Shown here: positions 48,835 to 57,020 of the stretch, piece after piece | Layout of the letters: each line of letters starts with the position of its first letter | Position numbering within the stretch: the first letter of the stretch is position 1 | Sequence record: SRR20825019_2329 | DNA length: 57,020 bases | Direction: 5' to 3' (one strand) | Notes under the pieces: generated by a model | Told to the model about the DNA's origin: nothing | Seen by the model: the letters and a program-made list of their open reading frames with translations, nothing else | Databases searched by the model: none | Program-made: the position numbers and the translations under genes

Positions 48835-49357
48835 GGTCCGCGCCGGCTTTTTCAAGTACAAAGGCTCTCAGTTTCGCGGCCTCCGCCTCGGGTAGTGAGG
48901 GAATGCGGAGGTCTGCGCTTCCGCCACCAGCTGCGAAAAACTTGAGCGTTGAAAGGCCAAAGAGCCGTTCAAGTGGGCCGCGCTCCACCTCAACATGCTG
49001 TATGCGATTAAAGGGCAAGGAAGCTTCGTTACGCCATATAATGCCGTGCTTATAGTGCACGTCGTGTTCCCGCAGAGCATAACCACACCCATTTGTATAG
49101 ATGTGGCACAGAACAACAATGAACGGCACGGGAATGATTGGCAGAATAAGGTAGCTATATCCAGTAAACAGCGAACTCTCGATCGTGCCAATGAGGTTTA
49201 GCGTAATCCATGCTGTTGTCAGGGCAAGCCATGACAGGCCGAAACCGATCATCAGGATGTTGGTGTGGTTCGGATCAATGGGGCGGAACTTGATCTCGCC
49301 AGCTTCCGGCAAATCTCGCCCTTCCAGCGCACCATTTTGAAACGTTGTGTCGGCCAT
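48821..49357 (-). CDS. YdbS-like bacterial PH domain membrane protein
   Basis: GYALRE..V.YKHG, PFNRIQHVEVERGPLERLFGL; GGGG RBS before ATG 49357. Confidence 0.87.
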   Translation of the reverse strand: MADTTFQNGALEGRDLPEAGEIKFRPIDPNHTNILMIGFGLSWLALTTAWITLNLIGTIESSLFTGYSYLILPIIPVPFIVVLCHIYTNGCGYALREHDVHYKHGIIWRNEASLPFNRIQHVEVERGPLERLFGLSTLKFFAAGGGSADLRIPSLPEAEAAKLRAFVLEKAGADHDDA

Positions 49358-49498
49358 ACATCCCCCATCATTTGGCACTGGAAAATCCCAATCTTTTGCA
49401 AGAGAGGGGCTTGTGTGCCTTTCCCATACTTGGGTATAAGGCGGGCGTACCGCAAGGGCTGTGTTCATGCAAGCCCGTTGATCGTTTGAAAGGCAATC

Positions 49499-51313
49499 AT
49501 GGCTCCGCCGATTCTGAGTTTGAAGGACATCAACCTTCACTGGGGTGCCAACCCCGTTCTTGACACGCTTGAAATGCATATTGGTGTGACAGACCGCCTG
49601 TGTCTTGTTGGGCGAAACGGTACGGGCAAATCAACACTGCTTAAGGTCGTCGCGGGTATTATTGAAGCGGATGGCGGTGAGCGCTGGGTTCAGCCTGGTA
49701 GCCGTATTGCCTATTTGCCACAAGAACCGGATGCGAGCGGATACCAAAGCCTCAAGGAATACATTCTTGCTGGGCTGCCTAAGGATGAGCGTGACCAGGA
49801 TTACCGCGCGGATGTATTGATCGAAGACCTGGATGTTGATGGTGATACAGACCCAGCAGTAGCGTCCGGGGGTGAGTTGCGCCGCGCAGCGCTCGCGCGC
49901 ACGCTGATCAGCGAGCCTGAACTGCTGCTTTTGGACGAACCAACTAACCATCTTGATATCAACACCATCCAGTGGCTGGAGACCTATTTGAAGAGCTGGC
50001 GAGGTGCCATGGTGCTCATCAGCCACGACAGGGCCTTTTTGAAGAATCTGGCAACAGCGTGCCTGTGGCTTGATCGGGGCAAAATTCGTCGGCTTGAGGA
50101 TGGGTTTGAAAAATTCGAGGAATGGCAGGAGAAAGTTTACGGTGAAGAGGCGGAGGCGCTCAAAAAGCTTGATAAGGTAATCAAGGAAGAGACCCGCTGG
50201 TCGGTTGAGGGCATTAGTGCCCGTCGTACCCGCAACCAAGGTCGCCTGCGCCGCTTGTATGATATGCGGAAGGAACGCCGCGAGACGGTGCACGCCGCCG
50301 GACAGGTGAACATTTCGCTCGCGGGTGCCGACCGTTCCGGTACACGCGTCATAGAAGCCAAGGGTATCTCCAAGAGTTTCGAAGGCCGCAGGCTTTTTGA
50401 CAATTTTACCCTGCGCATCAATCGAGGTGACCGTATCGGCATCATCGGTCCTAACGGGGTTGGTAAGTCGACCCTCTTGAAAGTGCTGACGGGCGAACTT
50501 GCGCCAGATGCCGGTGAGATCAAGTTGGGTACCAATCTGGAAACCATTGTGATTGATCAAAAGCGCGCGGGCTTGAAGGACGACATGTCTGTGATGGACG
50601 TGTTGACCGGCGGTCGTGGGGATTGGGTTTTTGTAGGTGGTGAAAGCCGACATGTGATGACCTACCTGAAGGACTTTTTGTTTGACCCGAGCGTGGCGCA
50701 TACGCCGGTGTCTGCCTTGTCTGGTGGTGAACGGAACCGGCTCCTTATCGCGGCCAACTTCGCGAAACCTTCAAACCTGATGATCCTTGATGAACCGACA
50801 AACGATCTTGATATGGATACCCTTGATTTGTTGCAGGAGGTGCTCGCGGATTATAAGGGTACGATCCTGCTCGTAAGCCACGATAGAGATTTTCTCGACC
50901 GGGTTGTTACAAGCTCTGTGGTTATGGAAGGTGATGGTACGGCGACTGAATATGCGGGTGGCTACTCAGACTATAAAGCGCTTAAGGCCAAGTCAGTTGC
51001 CGTGCCTGGTTTGGAAAAACCAGCGAAGACCAAAGGAACGGTCACGAACATCGAAAGCGCCGCCAAGAAGAAGGTGAATAAGCTTTCCTATAAAGATCAG
51101 CGGGAGCTGGACCAACTGCCCGCCGATGTGGAAACACTTTCGATGAAAATATCCGATATGGAAGCCGAACTGTCGGACCCGGCGCTTTATAGCAAGAACC
51201 CCAGCCGCTTTGAGGCTCTTTCAAAAGAGCTGGAAGCCAAGCGTGACGAACTGGATGAAAAAGAAATGCGCTGGCTGGAACTCGAGGAACTTCGGGAAAA
51301 CCTTCAGGGTTAG
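49499..51313 (+). CDS. uup: ABC-F ATPase, Uup type
   Basis: Two ABC cassettes (GRNGTGKS, GPNGVGKS; DEPTN), ARRTRNQGR linker, C-terminal KLSYKDQREL...RWLELE. Confidence 0.92.
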   Translation: MAPPILSLKDINLHWGANPVLDTLEMHIGVTDRLCLVGRNGTGKSTLLKVVAGIIEADGGERWVQPGSRIAYLPQEPDASGYQSLKEYILAGLPKDERDQDYRADVLIEDLDVDGDTDPAVASGGELRRAALARTLISEPELLLLDEPTNHLDINTIQWLETYLKSWRGAMVLISHDRAFLKNLATACLWLDRGKIRRLEDGFEKFEEWQEKVYGEEAEALKKLDKVIKEETRWSVEGISARRTRNQGRLRRLYDMRKERRETVHAAGQVNISLAGADRSGTRVIEAKGISKSFEGRRLFDNFTLRINRGDRIGIIGPNGVGKSTLLKVLTGELAPDAGEIKLGTNLETIVIDQKRAGLKDDMSVMDVLTGGRGDWVFVGGESRHVMTYLKDFLFDPSVAHTPVSALSGGERNRLLIAANFAKPSNLMILDEPTNDLDMDTLDLLQEVLADYKGTILLVSHDRDFLDRVVTSSVVMEGDGTATEYAGGYSDYKALKAKSVAVPGLEKPAKTKGTVTNIESAAKKKVNKLSYKDQRELDQLPADVETLSMKISDMEAELSDPALYSKNPSRFEALSKELEAKRDELDEKEMRWLELEELRENLQG

Positions 51314-51372
51314 GCAATCGACAGGAAACGGCGGCAGATGTACCACCGTTTTGGATTTCGCCGGCGCGCGCT

Positions 51373-52806
51373 CTAGTTCCCGAACCCGATATACTCACCA
51401 AACTGAACTGTGAATATCAGCGTCAGGATTGCCAACGTAAACAGCTTGATGAGAAGCGGGGTCACAAATTTAACCCACTGCACATAGGGTATTTTGCCCA
51501 AAGCAAGCGTGCCCACCACAAGGGCGCTTGTTGGCACGATCATATTGGTGAAACCGTCCCCGAACTGATAAGCCAGCACTGCGGTCTGCTGCGATACGCC
51601 CGTAAGTTCTGCCAATGGTGACATGATTGGCATGGTGACAAACGCTTGTCCGCTGCCGCTTGGGATGAAAAAATTTGTGATGGTTTGAATAGCCAGCATA
51701 CCGATGGCTGAGAGGCTAGGGCCTGCGCCGTCTAACAATGACGCAATGGCATTGATGATGGTGTCAATGATCAGGCCATCGGTCAGCACGACCTCAATAG
51801 TCCGGGCGAAACCAATCAACAGAGCGGCTGCGGTCATTTCCGCGGCACCAGAGATGAATGTTTTGGCAGCGTCGTTTGGGTCCATACGGGAGATGATTGC
51901 TGTGAGTACACCGACGCCGAGGAAAATCGTGTTCAGCTCGCCAATATACCAACCCCTGTTTTGCGCGCCGTAGACAAAAAAGATAATTCCTGCGCCGAAG
52001 ATCAAGAGAATAGCGCGCCGTGGCCAAGTATAGCTGACGTCCTCTGGCATATCGAAACCCGCACTATAGTCTACGTGAGACACGAGGCTTTTGCTGGGAT
52101 CGGCGGCAATTTTGCGCGCATATGCGTAGATATGCTGGAATGAAACCAGGATACACAGCGCAAAAACAACGATCCGAAAGCCAAGTCCTGATGTGGGTGG
52201 CAGGCCAGCAATGTTTTGGGCGATAATAACACCAAAGGGGTTGGTGCCAGCCGTTGCCCAGCCGACGCCGTAACCTGCCCAGAGAATGCCCATGGCAACA
52301 ATGCTGTCCAGCTTCATGGCCAGACACATGGTCACCAGAAGGGGAATTAGCGGCATATATTCCTCGCCCATGCCGATGGTGAAGGCACCAACGCCGAAGA
52401 GTGTCAGCGTTCCTGCGATCAATAATGCCGGGCTGTTGCCAAAGCGCCTGACCGCGCGGAACAACAAGGCGTCGATCGCGCCTGAAGATCGCATCAGGGC
52501 GATCACACCGCCAACCAGAAACACAAGGAAGATGATCTCCTGCGCTGATGCTAACCCACGGGGAATAGCGGAAAGAAAATGCCAGGCGTCAAGAGTGGGC
52601 GCTTCTTCCGCTGCAGAAAAACTACCTGCGACAACCATTTCATAATGAGGATTAAACGGTGCAGGTGCCCGTTCGAAAGCACCAGACGGTATGACATAGG
52701 TCAGGAGTTGCGCGACAACAATCAGTGAAAAAATAAGAACCAAAGAATCTGGAAACCAGCCCTTTTTCTTGGGTTTCTGGTCCAAATCGGCGGTGCCTGA
52801 CACCAT
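51373..52806 (-). CDS. YfcC/DcuC-like ion-transporter superfamily membrane protein
   Basis: IPSGAF, MGEE, NPF, FFIPSGSGQA, YQFGDG. Confidence 0.88.
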   Translation of the reverse strand: MVSGTADLDQKPKKKGWFPDSLVLIFSLIVVAQLLTYVIPSGAFERAPAPFNPHYEMVVAGSFSAAEEAPTLDAWHFLSAIPRGLASAQEIIFLVFLVGGVIALMRSSGAIDALLFRAVRRFGNSPALLIAGTLTLFGVGAFTIGMGEEYMPLIPLLVTMCLAMKLDSIVAMGILWAGYGVGWATAGTNPFGVIIAQNIAGLPPTSGLGFRIVVFALCILVSFQHIYAYARKIAADPSKSLVSHVDYSAGFDMPEDVSYTWPRRAILLIFGAGIIFFVYGAQNRGWYIGELNTIFLGVGVLTAIISRMDPNDAAKTFISGAAEMTAAALLIGFARTIEVVLTDGLIIDTIINAIASLLDGAGPSLSAIGMLAIQTITNFFIPSGSGQAFVTMPIMSPLAELTGVSQQTAVLAYQFGDGFTNMIVPTSALVVGTLALGKIPYVQWVKFVTPLLIKLFTLAILTLIFTVQFGEYIGFGN

Positions 52807-52947
52807 GAAGTCTCTCCCCAGAGTATTTCTATTATTATTTTACAGATTGTGTCAGCAATAGCGGCGCTTGTCACGCATGACCTAATGAGTGCTGCTGGAC
52901 ATAAGCTTGAATATGCGTGATTTTACATCTGTGGTCAGGGGAGCATT

Positions 52948-54027
52948 GTGATGCGACATACGTCTCTAGTTAATTGCATGGGGTTGTTTTTTGTTGTCGC
53001 GGGCTTTTCAGCCCTGCAAGCGAGTGAATGTATACCACCGCTTCCTGAGCCACACGGCAACAACGCTGTCACTACAGCAGTCGTGGAGGGGCGTCAGACG
53101 CTTTTCAGCTTCGCCGGGCTCAAGGTAGGTAAAACATGGCAGGACACATCGAAAGAAGCCTACATGTTTGGTGAAGGTGATGACGCGTGGACCCGCCTGC
53201 CAGATATTCCTGTGAGCGAAGGGCGTTTGGCTGCGACAGTCGAAGCAGTGGCAGGCAAGGTTTATTATTTTGGTGGTTACACGGTGGCGGAAGATGGCGC
53301 TGAGGTCTCAACGCCAGAGAATTTCCTGTTTGACCCGATCACAAAGAAATACAGCCGGATAGCAGACATGCCGACGCCGACAGATGATGCGGTCAGTTTT
53401 GTCTATCAGGATCGGTATATCTATCTGGTTTCAGGTTGGCACAACACAGGCAATATCCGTAACGTGCAGGTATATGACACGCAGGGAGAATCATGGTTCT
53501 TGGCGACAGAATATCCCGGCAGCCCTGTTTTTGGTCACGCTGGCGGCATTGTGGGAAACCGCTTTGTGATAGCTGACGGTGTCACGGTTGTTGGCGTGGA
53601 TGAAAACGGGCGTCGCCAATTTGATACGGTAAATGAAGGCTGGATGGGCACCATTCACCCTGAAGACCCAGCTCAAATTACCTATCGCAGGCTACCGCAA
53701 CTTCCCGGTCGCGGTCATTACCGCATGGGAGGTGAGGGCGATGAGGTTGGAGACCGCGTACTCTTTGTAGGCGGTACACCAAACGCATACAATTATAACG
53801 GCATTGGTTACGACAGCGAACCATCCAAGCCCCAGAAACACGTGTTCGCGTGGGACTTCAGCAAGGATAACTGGGTCGCATATGAAGACAAACCTACCGC
53901 CAGCATGGACCATCGCGGCCTGATGAAATGGCGCAACGACTGGATTACCGTCGGTGGTATGGTTGATGGACAAGTGGTGACAGGTGATGTGCTGGCTTGG
54001 AAATCAGGCGATATAACGTGTGGCTAA
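52948..54027 (+). CDS. Exported Kelch-repeat beta-propeller protein
   Basis: Signal peptide; repeated GG..Y..W Kelch motifs (YYFGG, YLVSG, LFVGG, TVGG). Confidence 0.82.
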   Translation: MMRHTSLVNCMGLFFVVAGFSALQASECIPPLPEPHGNNAVTTAVVEGRQTLFSFAGLKVGKTWQDTSKEAYMFGEGDDAWTRLPDIPVSEGRLAATVEAVAGKVYYFGGYTVAEDGAEVSTPENFLFDPITKKYSRIADMPTPTDDAVSFVYQDRYIYLVSGWHNTGNIRNVQVYDTQGESWFLATEYPGSPVFGHAGGIVGNRFVIADGVTVVGVDENGRRQFDTVNEGWMGTIHPEDPAQITYRRLPQLPGRGHYRMGGEGDEVGDRVLFVGGTPNAYNYNGIGYDSEPSKPQKHVFAWDFSKDNWVAYEDKPTASMDHRGLMKWRNDWITVGGMVDGQVVTGDVLAWKSGDITCG

Positions 54028-54464
54028 AGCCCCACGTCCCAACAGTCTTTCACGGTCACGCCCCTGATCCAGACATCTTGCCAGCGCGCTGTTTTTTCAT
54101 CCTTTGAAAGCTCTTTTGGCGAAACAGACATAGGCGGCGGGAAATCTGCGCGGGCATTGAGTACGTTAACATTCACGGCAGCGCGGCGTTTTCCGTCCAC
54201 ATCGGCGGTCACACAAGCCAATACGCCGCAGCGCTGACAAAGCCAGAAGCGGGCTGTCATTGAGCCTTGCTCAAACAGGTTTATGGCGGCCTCGTTCTGG
54301 ATCTCGATTTCCAGTTTTGCATCCGGGTGGGAAAGCCACTTTGCGCCGTTCATCGTGCAAAAATCGCAGTCGCAGGCGCGCGGTATAAGCTCAGCCAGTG
54401 GTTTTTCGGTCTCCAGCCGGATACCAATATTGCCGCAATAACAGCCACCCTCAAGCTTCTGCAC
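54024..54464 (-). CDS. GFA/CENP-V family protein
   Basis: GGCYCG, CDCDFC, CQRCG; AAGGAGG RBS before GTG 54464. Confidence 0.88.
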   Translation of the reverse strand: MQKLEGGCYCGNIGIRLETEKPLAELIPRACDCDFCTMNGAKWLSHPDAKLEIEIQNEAAINLFEQGSMTARFWLCQRCGVLACVTADVDGKRRAAVNVNVLNARADFPPPMSVSPKELSKDEKTARWQDVWIRGVTVKDCWDVGL

Positions 54465-54667
54465 CTGTGCCTCCTTGATCGTATTTCCTAACGCGTTTGC
54501 ACCTTCGCATATCACGACGCACTGATATAGCCGGAAAATGCCAACTTCCCCCTGTTCAAGCTGCTTAAATCTGCTAATAAGAGGGCCAACCGGCGCCCGG
54601 CAATGTATGGCTGTGACGCTGCGACCATATAAACATCAACAATAAGGATAAGCTGCAGAGGGTAACC

Positions 54668-55423
54668 ATGGCAGGCCATTCCAAATTTAAAAATATTATG
54701 CACCGCAAGGGCGCTCAAGATAAAAAGCGCTCTAAAATCTTCTCGAAACTCAGCCGTGAGATCACGGTCGCGGCGAAAATGGGCGGCGAAGATATCGATA
54801 GCAACCCAAGGCTGCGCCTCGCGGTTGCGACGGCTCGCTCCCAGTCGATGCCGAAAGATAACATCGAACGTGCGATTGCCAAGGCATCTGGCGGTGACGC
54901 TGAGAACTATGATGAGCTGCGCTACGAGGGGTATGCCTCAGGCGGGGTTGGCATCATCGTTGAAGCGCTGACCGATAACCGGAACCGTACGGCATCTGAT
55001 GTCCGGACCATTTTCGGTAAAGCTGGCGGCAACATGGGGGAAAGCGGCTCTGTTGGCTTCATGTTTGATCGTGTGGGTGAAATTACCTATCCGGCTGATG
55101 TGGCAGACGCGGACGCCATGTTTGAGGCAGCACTTGAAGCTGGCGCCGATGAAGTTGAATCGGATGAGGATGGCCACGCCATTTATACTGACGCGGCCGA
55201 CCTTCACGCCGTTGTTGCAGCGCTGACAGAGGCCTTTGGTGGCACTGAACCTGAAAGTGCGAAGCTGATCTTCAAGCCGAAGGAGCCTATGGTTCTGGAC
55301 AAAGATGGCGCAGAAAAAGTGATGCGGCTCATTGAAGCGCTTGAAGATAACGACGACGTACAAACCGTGTTCGGCAATTACGATATACCTGACGATGTCC
55401 TCGCTGAACTGGATAGCGAATAA
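54668..55423 (+). CDS. yebC: YebC/PmpR family protein
   Basis: [30 protein letters not shown]. Confidence 0.97.
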   Translation: MAGHSKFKNIMHRKGAQDKKRSKIFSKLSREITVAAKMGGEDIDSNPRLRLAVATARSQSMPKDNIERAIAKASGGDAENYDELRYEGYASGGVGIIVEALTDNRNRTASDVRTIFGKAGGNMGESGSVGFMFDRVGEITYPADVADADAMFEAALEAGADEVESDEDGHAIYTDAADLHAVVAALTEAFGGTEPESAKLIFKPKEPMVLDKDGAEKVMRLIEALEDNDDVQTVFGNYDIPDDVLAELDSE

Positions 55424-55492
55424 ACAAGACTATTGGCCCATTTGTAATTGCGCAGATGGGCCTTGCCTTTCAGGGAGAGGATAGGCGGCCAG

Positions 55493-55990
55493 ATGCGGCT
55501 ATTGGGGCTTGATCCGGGACTTCAGAAAACCGGTTGGGGGATCGTCGAAAGTGTCGGTACCCGACTAAGCCACGTTGCGAACGGGACCGTTACCTCGGAC
55601 CCTAAAAAATCCCTCGCGGAACGACTGGTTGAACTGCACGACGGCCTTGAGGCTGTGCTCAAAGAGTGGCGCCCTCAGTCCTGTGCCGTTGAAGAAACTT
55701 TCGTCAATAAAAACCCTACCTCAACACTGAAGCTTGGTCAGGCTCGTGGCATCGCGCTTCTCGTGCCCTCTCAGGCTGGTTTGAGCGTGGCGGAATACAC
55801 GCCAAACCATGTCAAAAAATCGGTGGTGGGCGTTGGTCATGCGGCAAAGGAACAGGTGGATGCCATGGTGCGTATCCTGTTGCCCGGCGTGAAAATAAAC
55901 GGCCCAGATGCCGCAGATGCGCTTGCAGTTGCGATCTGTCATGCGCATCATGTGGCAACGATGAAAAATATTGGGGGAGCGCTCCGTTGA
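55493..55990 (+). CDS. ruvC: Holliday junction resolvase RuvC
   Basis: [29 protein letters not shown]. Confidence 0.96.
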   Translation: MRLLGLDPGLQKTGWGIVESVGTRLSHVANGTVTSDPKKSLAERLVELHDGLEAVLKEWRPQSCAVEETFVNKNPTSTLKLGQARGIALLVPSQAGLSVAEYTPNHVKKSVVGVGHAAKEQVDAMVRILLPGVKINGPDAADALAVAICHAHHVATMKNIGGALR

Positions 55991-56607
55991 TTGCGAAGCT
56001 GACAGGCATTTTGGATAGCGTTGGTGACGATTGGGTGATCGTTGACGTGAGCGGTGTTGGTTACATTTGCCATGCGTCTTCCCGCACGCTTTCTGCCATG
56101 CCGGGCCGGGGTGAGGCAGTGCAGCTCCATGTTGAGACTGTGGTACGCGAAGATGCGATCACGCTATACGGGTTCGCTGAAGTTGCTGAACGCAATATGT
56201 TCCGTTTGCTGACAAGTGTGCAGGGTGTGGGGGCCAAGGTTGGCCTGGCCATTCTCTCCACGCTCGCGCCAAATGAGCTTCAAAACGCTATTGCGGCCCA
56301 AGACAAAACGGCAGTTGCGCGTGCAAAAGGCGTTGGACCGAAGGTTGCACAACGCATCGTGCATGAGTTGAAGGATAAGGTAACGGGCCTTGTGTTTCAG
56401 CCGAAGGGGGTGCAGTTGGCATCAGGCGGTGCGGCGCCTGTGGCGGCAAGTGGCGCGATTGAAGATGCAATTTCGGCCCTTGTGAACCTCGGGTACAAGC
56501 CGGTGGAGGCGCACGGCGCTGTCGCGAAGGCTGCCGGCGAATTGGGTGAGGGGGCAGATGTGGGCGCTCTTGTGCCTGCAGCTCTTAAGGAACTGAGTAG
56601 CTTATGA
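55987..56607 (+). CDS. ruvA: Holliday junction branch migration protein RuvA
   Basis: MIAKLTG, VRED...LYGF, GVGAK/GVGPK HhH motifs, ALVNLGY. Confidence 0.96.
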   Translation: MIAKLTGILDSVGDDWVIVDVSGVGYICHASSRTLSAMPGRGEAVQLHVETVVREDAITLYGFAEVAERNMFRLLTSVQGVGAKVGLAILSTLAPNELQNAIAAQDKTAVARAKGVGPKVAQRIVHELKDKVTGLVFQPKGVQLASGGAAPVAASGAIEDAISALVNLGYKPVEAHGAVAKAAGELGEGADVGALVPAALKELSSL

Positions 56608-57020
56608 GTGAAGCGGAAGACAGATTGCTGAGCGGAACCGAAGGTTCAAGCGACCCGGTAGATGTTGGTCTGCGACCACAAACGCTTAAAGAATTCATTG
56701 GCCAGGAACAAGCGCGCGAGAACCTCGAGGTTTTTATCGGCGCAGCACGGGCTCGGGGCGAAGCGATGGACCATGTGTTGTTTTTTGGCCCGCCTGGCCT
56801 TGGTAAAACTACCTTGGCGCAAATTGTTGCGCGCGAACTTGGTGTAAACTTCCGTGCGACCTCTGGCCCCGTGATCTCAAAAGCAGGTGACCTTGCTGCG
56901 TTGCTGACCAACCTGCAGGAACGCGACGTTCTGTTTATCGATGAAATTCACCGCCTTAACCCGGCGGTTGAAGAAGTACTCTACCCCGCAATGGAAGATT
57001 TCCAGCTTGATCTGATCATT
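56604..57020 (+). CDS. ruvB: Holliday junction DNA helicase RuvB (3' truncated by window)
   Basis: Manual translation from ATG 56604: [37 protein letters not shown]. Confidence 0.96.
   Translation, partial: MSEAEDRLLSGTEGSSDPVDVGLRPQTLKEFIGQEQARENLEVFIGAARARGEAMDHVLFFGPPGLGKTTLAQIVARELGVNFRATSGPVISKAGDLAALLTNLQERDVLFIDEIHRLNPAVEEVLYPAMEDFQLDLII

Noticed and set aside
49358-49579. Long N-terminal extensions in the ORF track (here, and at 24884-25033, 32595-32711, 42233-42367)
   Set aside because: They overlap neighbouring genes or promoters, and downstream starts have better RBS and family-typical N-termini
49631-50701. 356-aa antisense ORF
   Set aside because: Shadow of the ABC-F gene

Overview
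Gene-dense bacterial chromosomal window with about 53 CDS. The gene content and protein sequences look like a marine alphaproteobacterium (inference). I saw no rRNA, tRNA, CRISPR array or intact transposase. From left to right: (1) the 3' part of a dihydropyrimidinase gene. (2) A ~15.4 kb + strand locus (1914-17340) with a divergent GntR regulator, encoding a TonB-dependent receptor, two exported N-acyl-D-amino-acid deacylases, a YkvI-type transporter, DgcN/DgcA (D-Glu acetylation/racemisation), two membrane-anchored SxxK serine hydrolases, a Tat dipeptidase and an alpha/beta hydrolase. It looks like a utilisation locus for D-amino-acid-containing peptides. (3) An accessory patch (17.4-24.4 kb) with a VIM-like subclass B1 metallo-beta-lactamase and a structured non-coding element resembling an orphan IS110 non-coding end. 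(4) A divergent cluster (24410-31565): MarR, N-carbamoyl-amino-acid hydrolase, exported small protein, Na+/solute symporter, 39-aa membrane peptide, a carbamoyltransferase lacking the aspartate-specificity loop, and an AsnB-like amidotransferase. This is my best candidate for an undescribed system; the hypothesis is synthesis, uptake and recycling of an N-carbamoyl amino-acid amide osmolyte such as N-carbamoyl-L-glutamine 1-amide. (5) Mixed housekeeping and stress genes ending in yebC-ruvC-ruvA-ruvB (ruvB truncated by the window). All family calls come from motif recognition by eye; no database searches were run.
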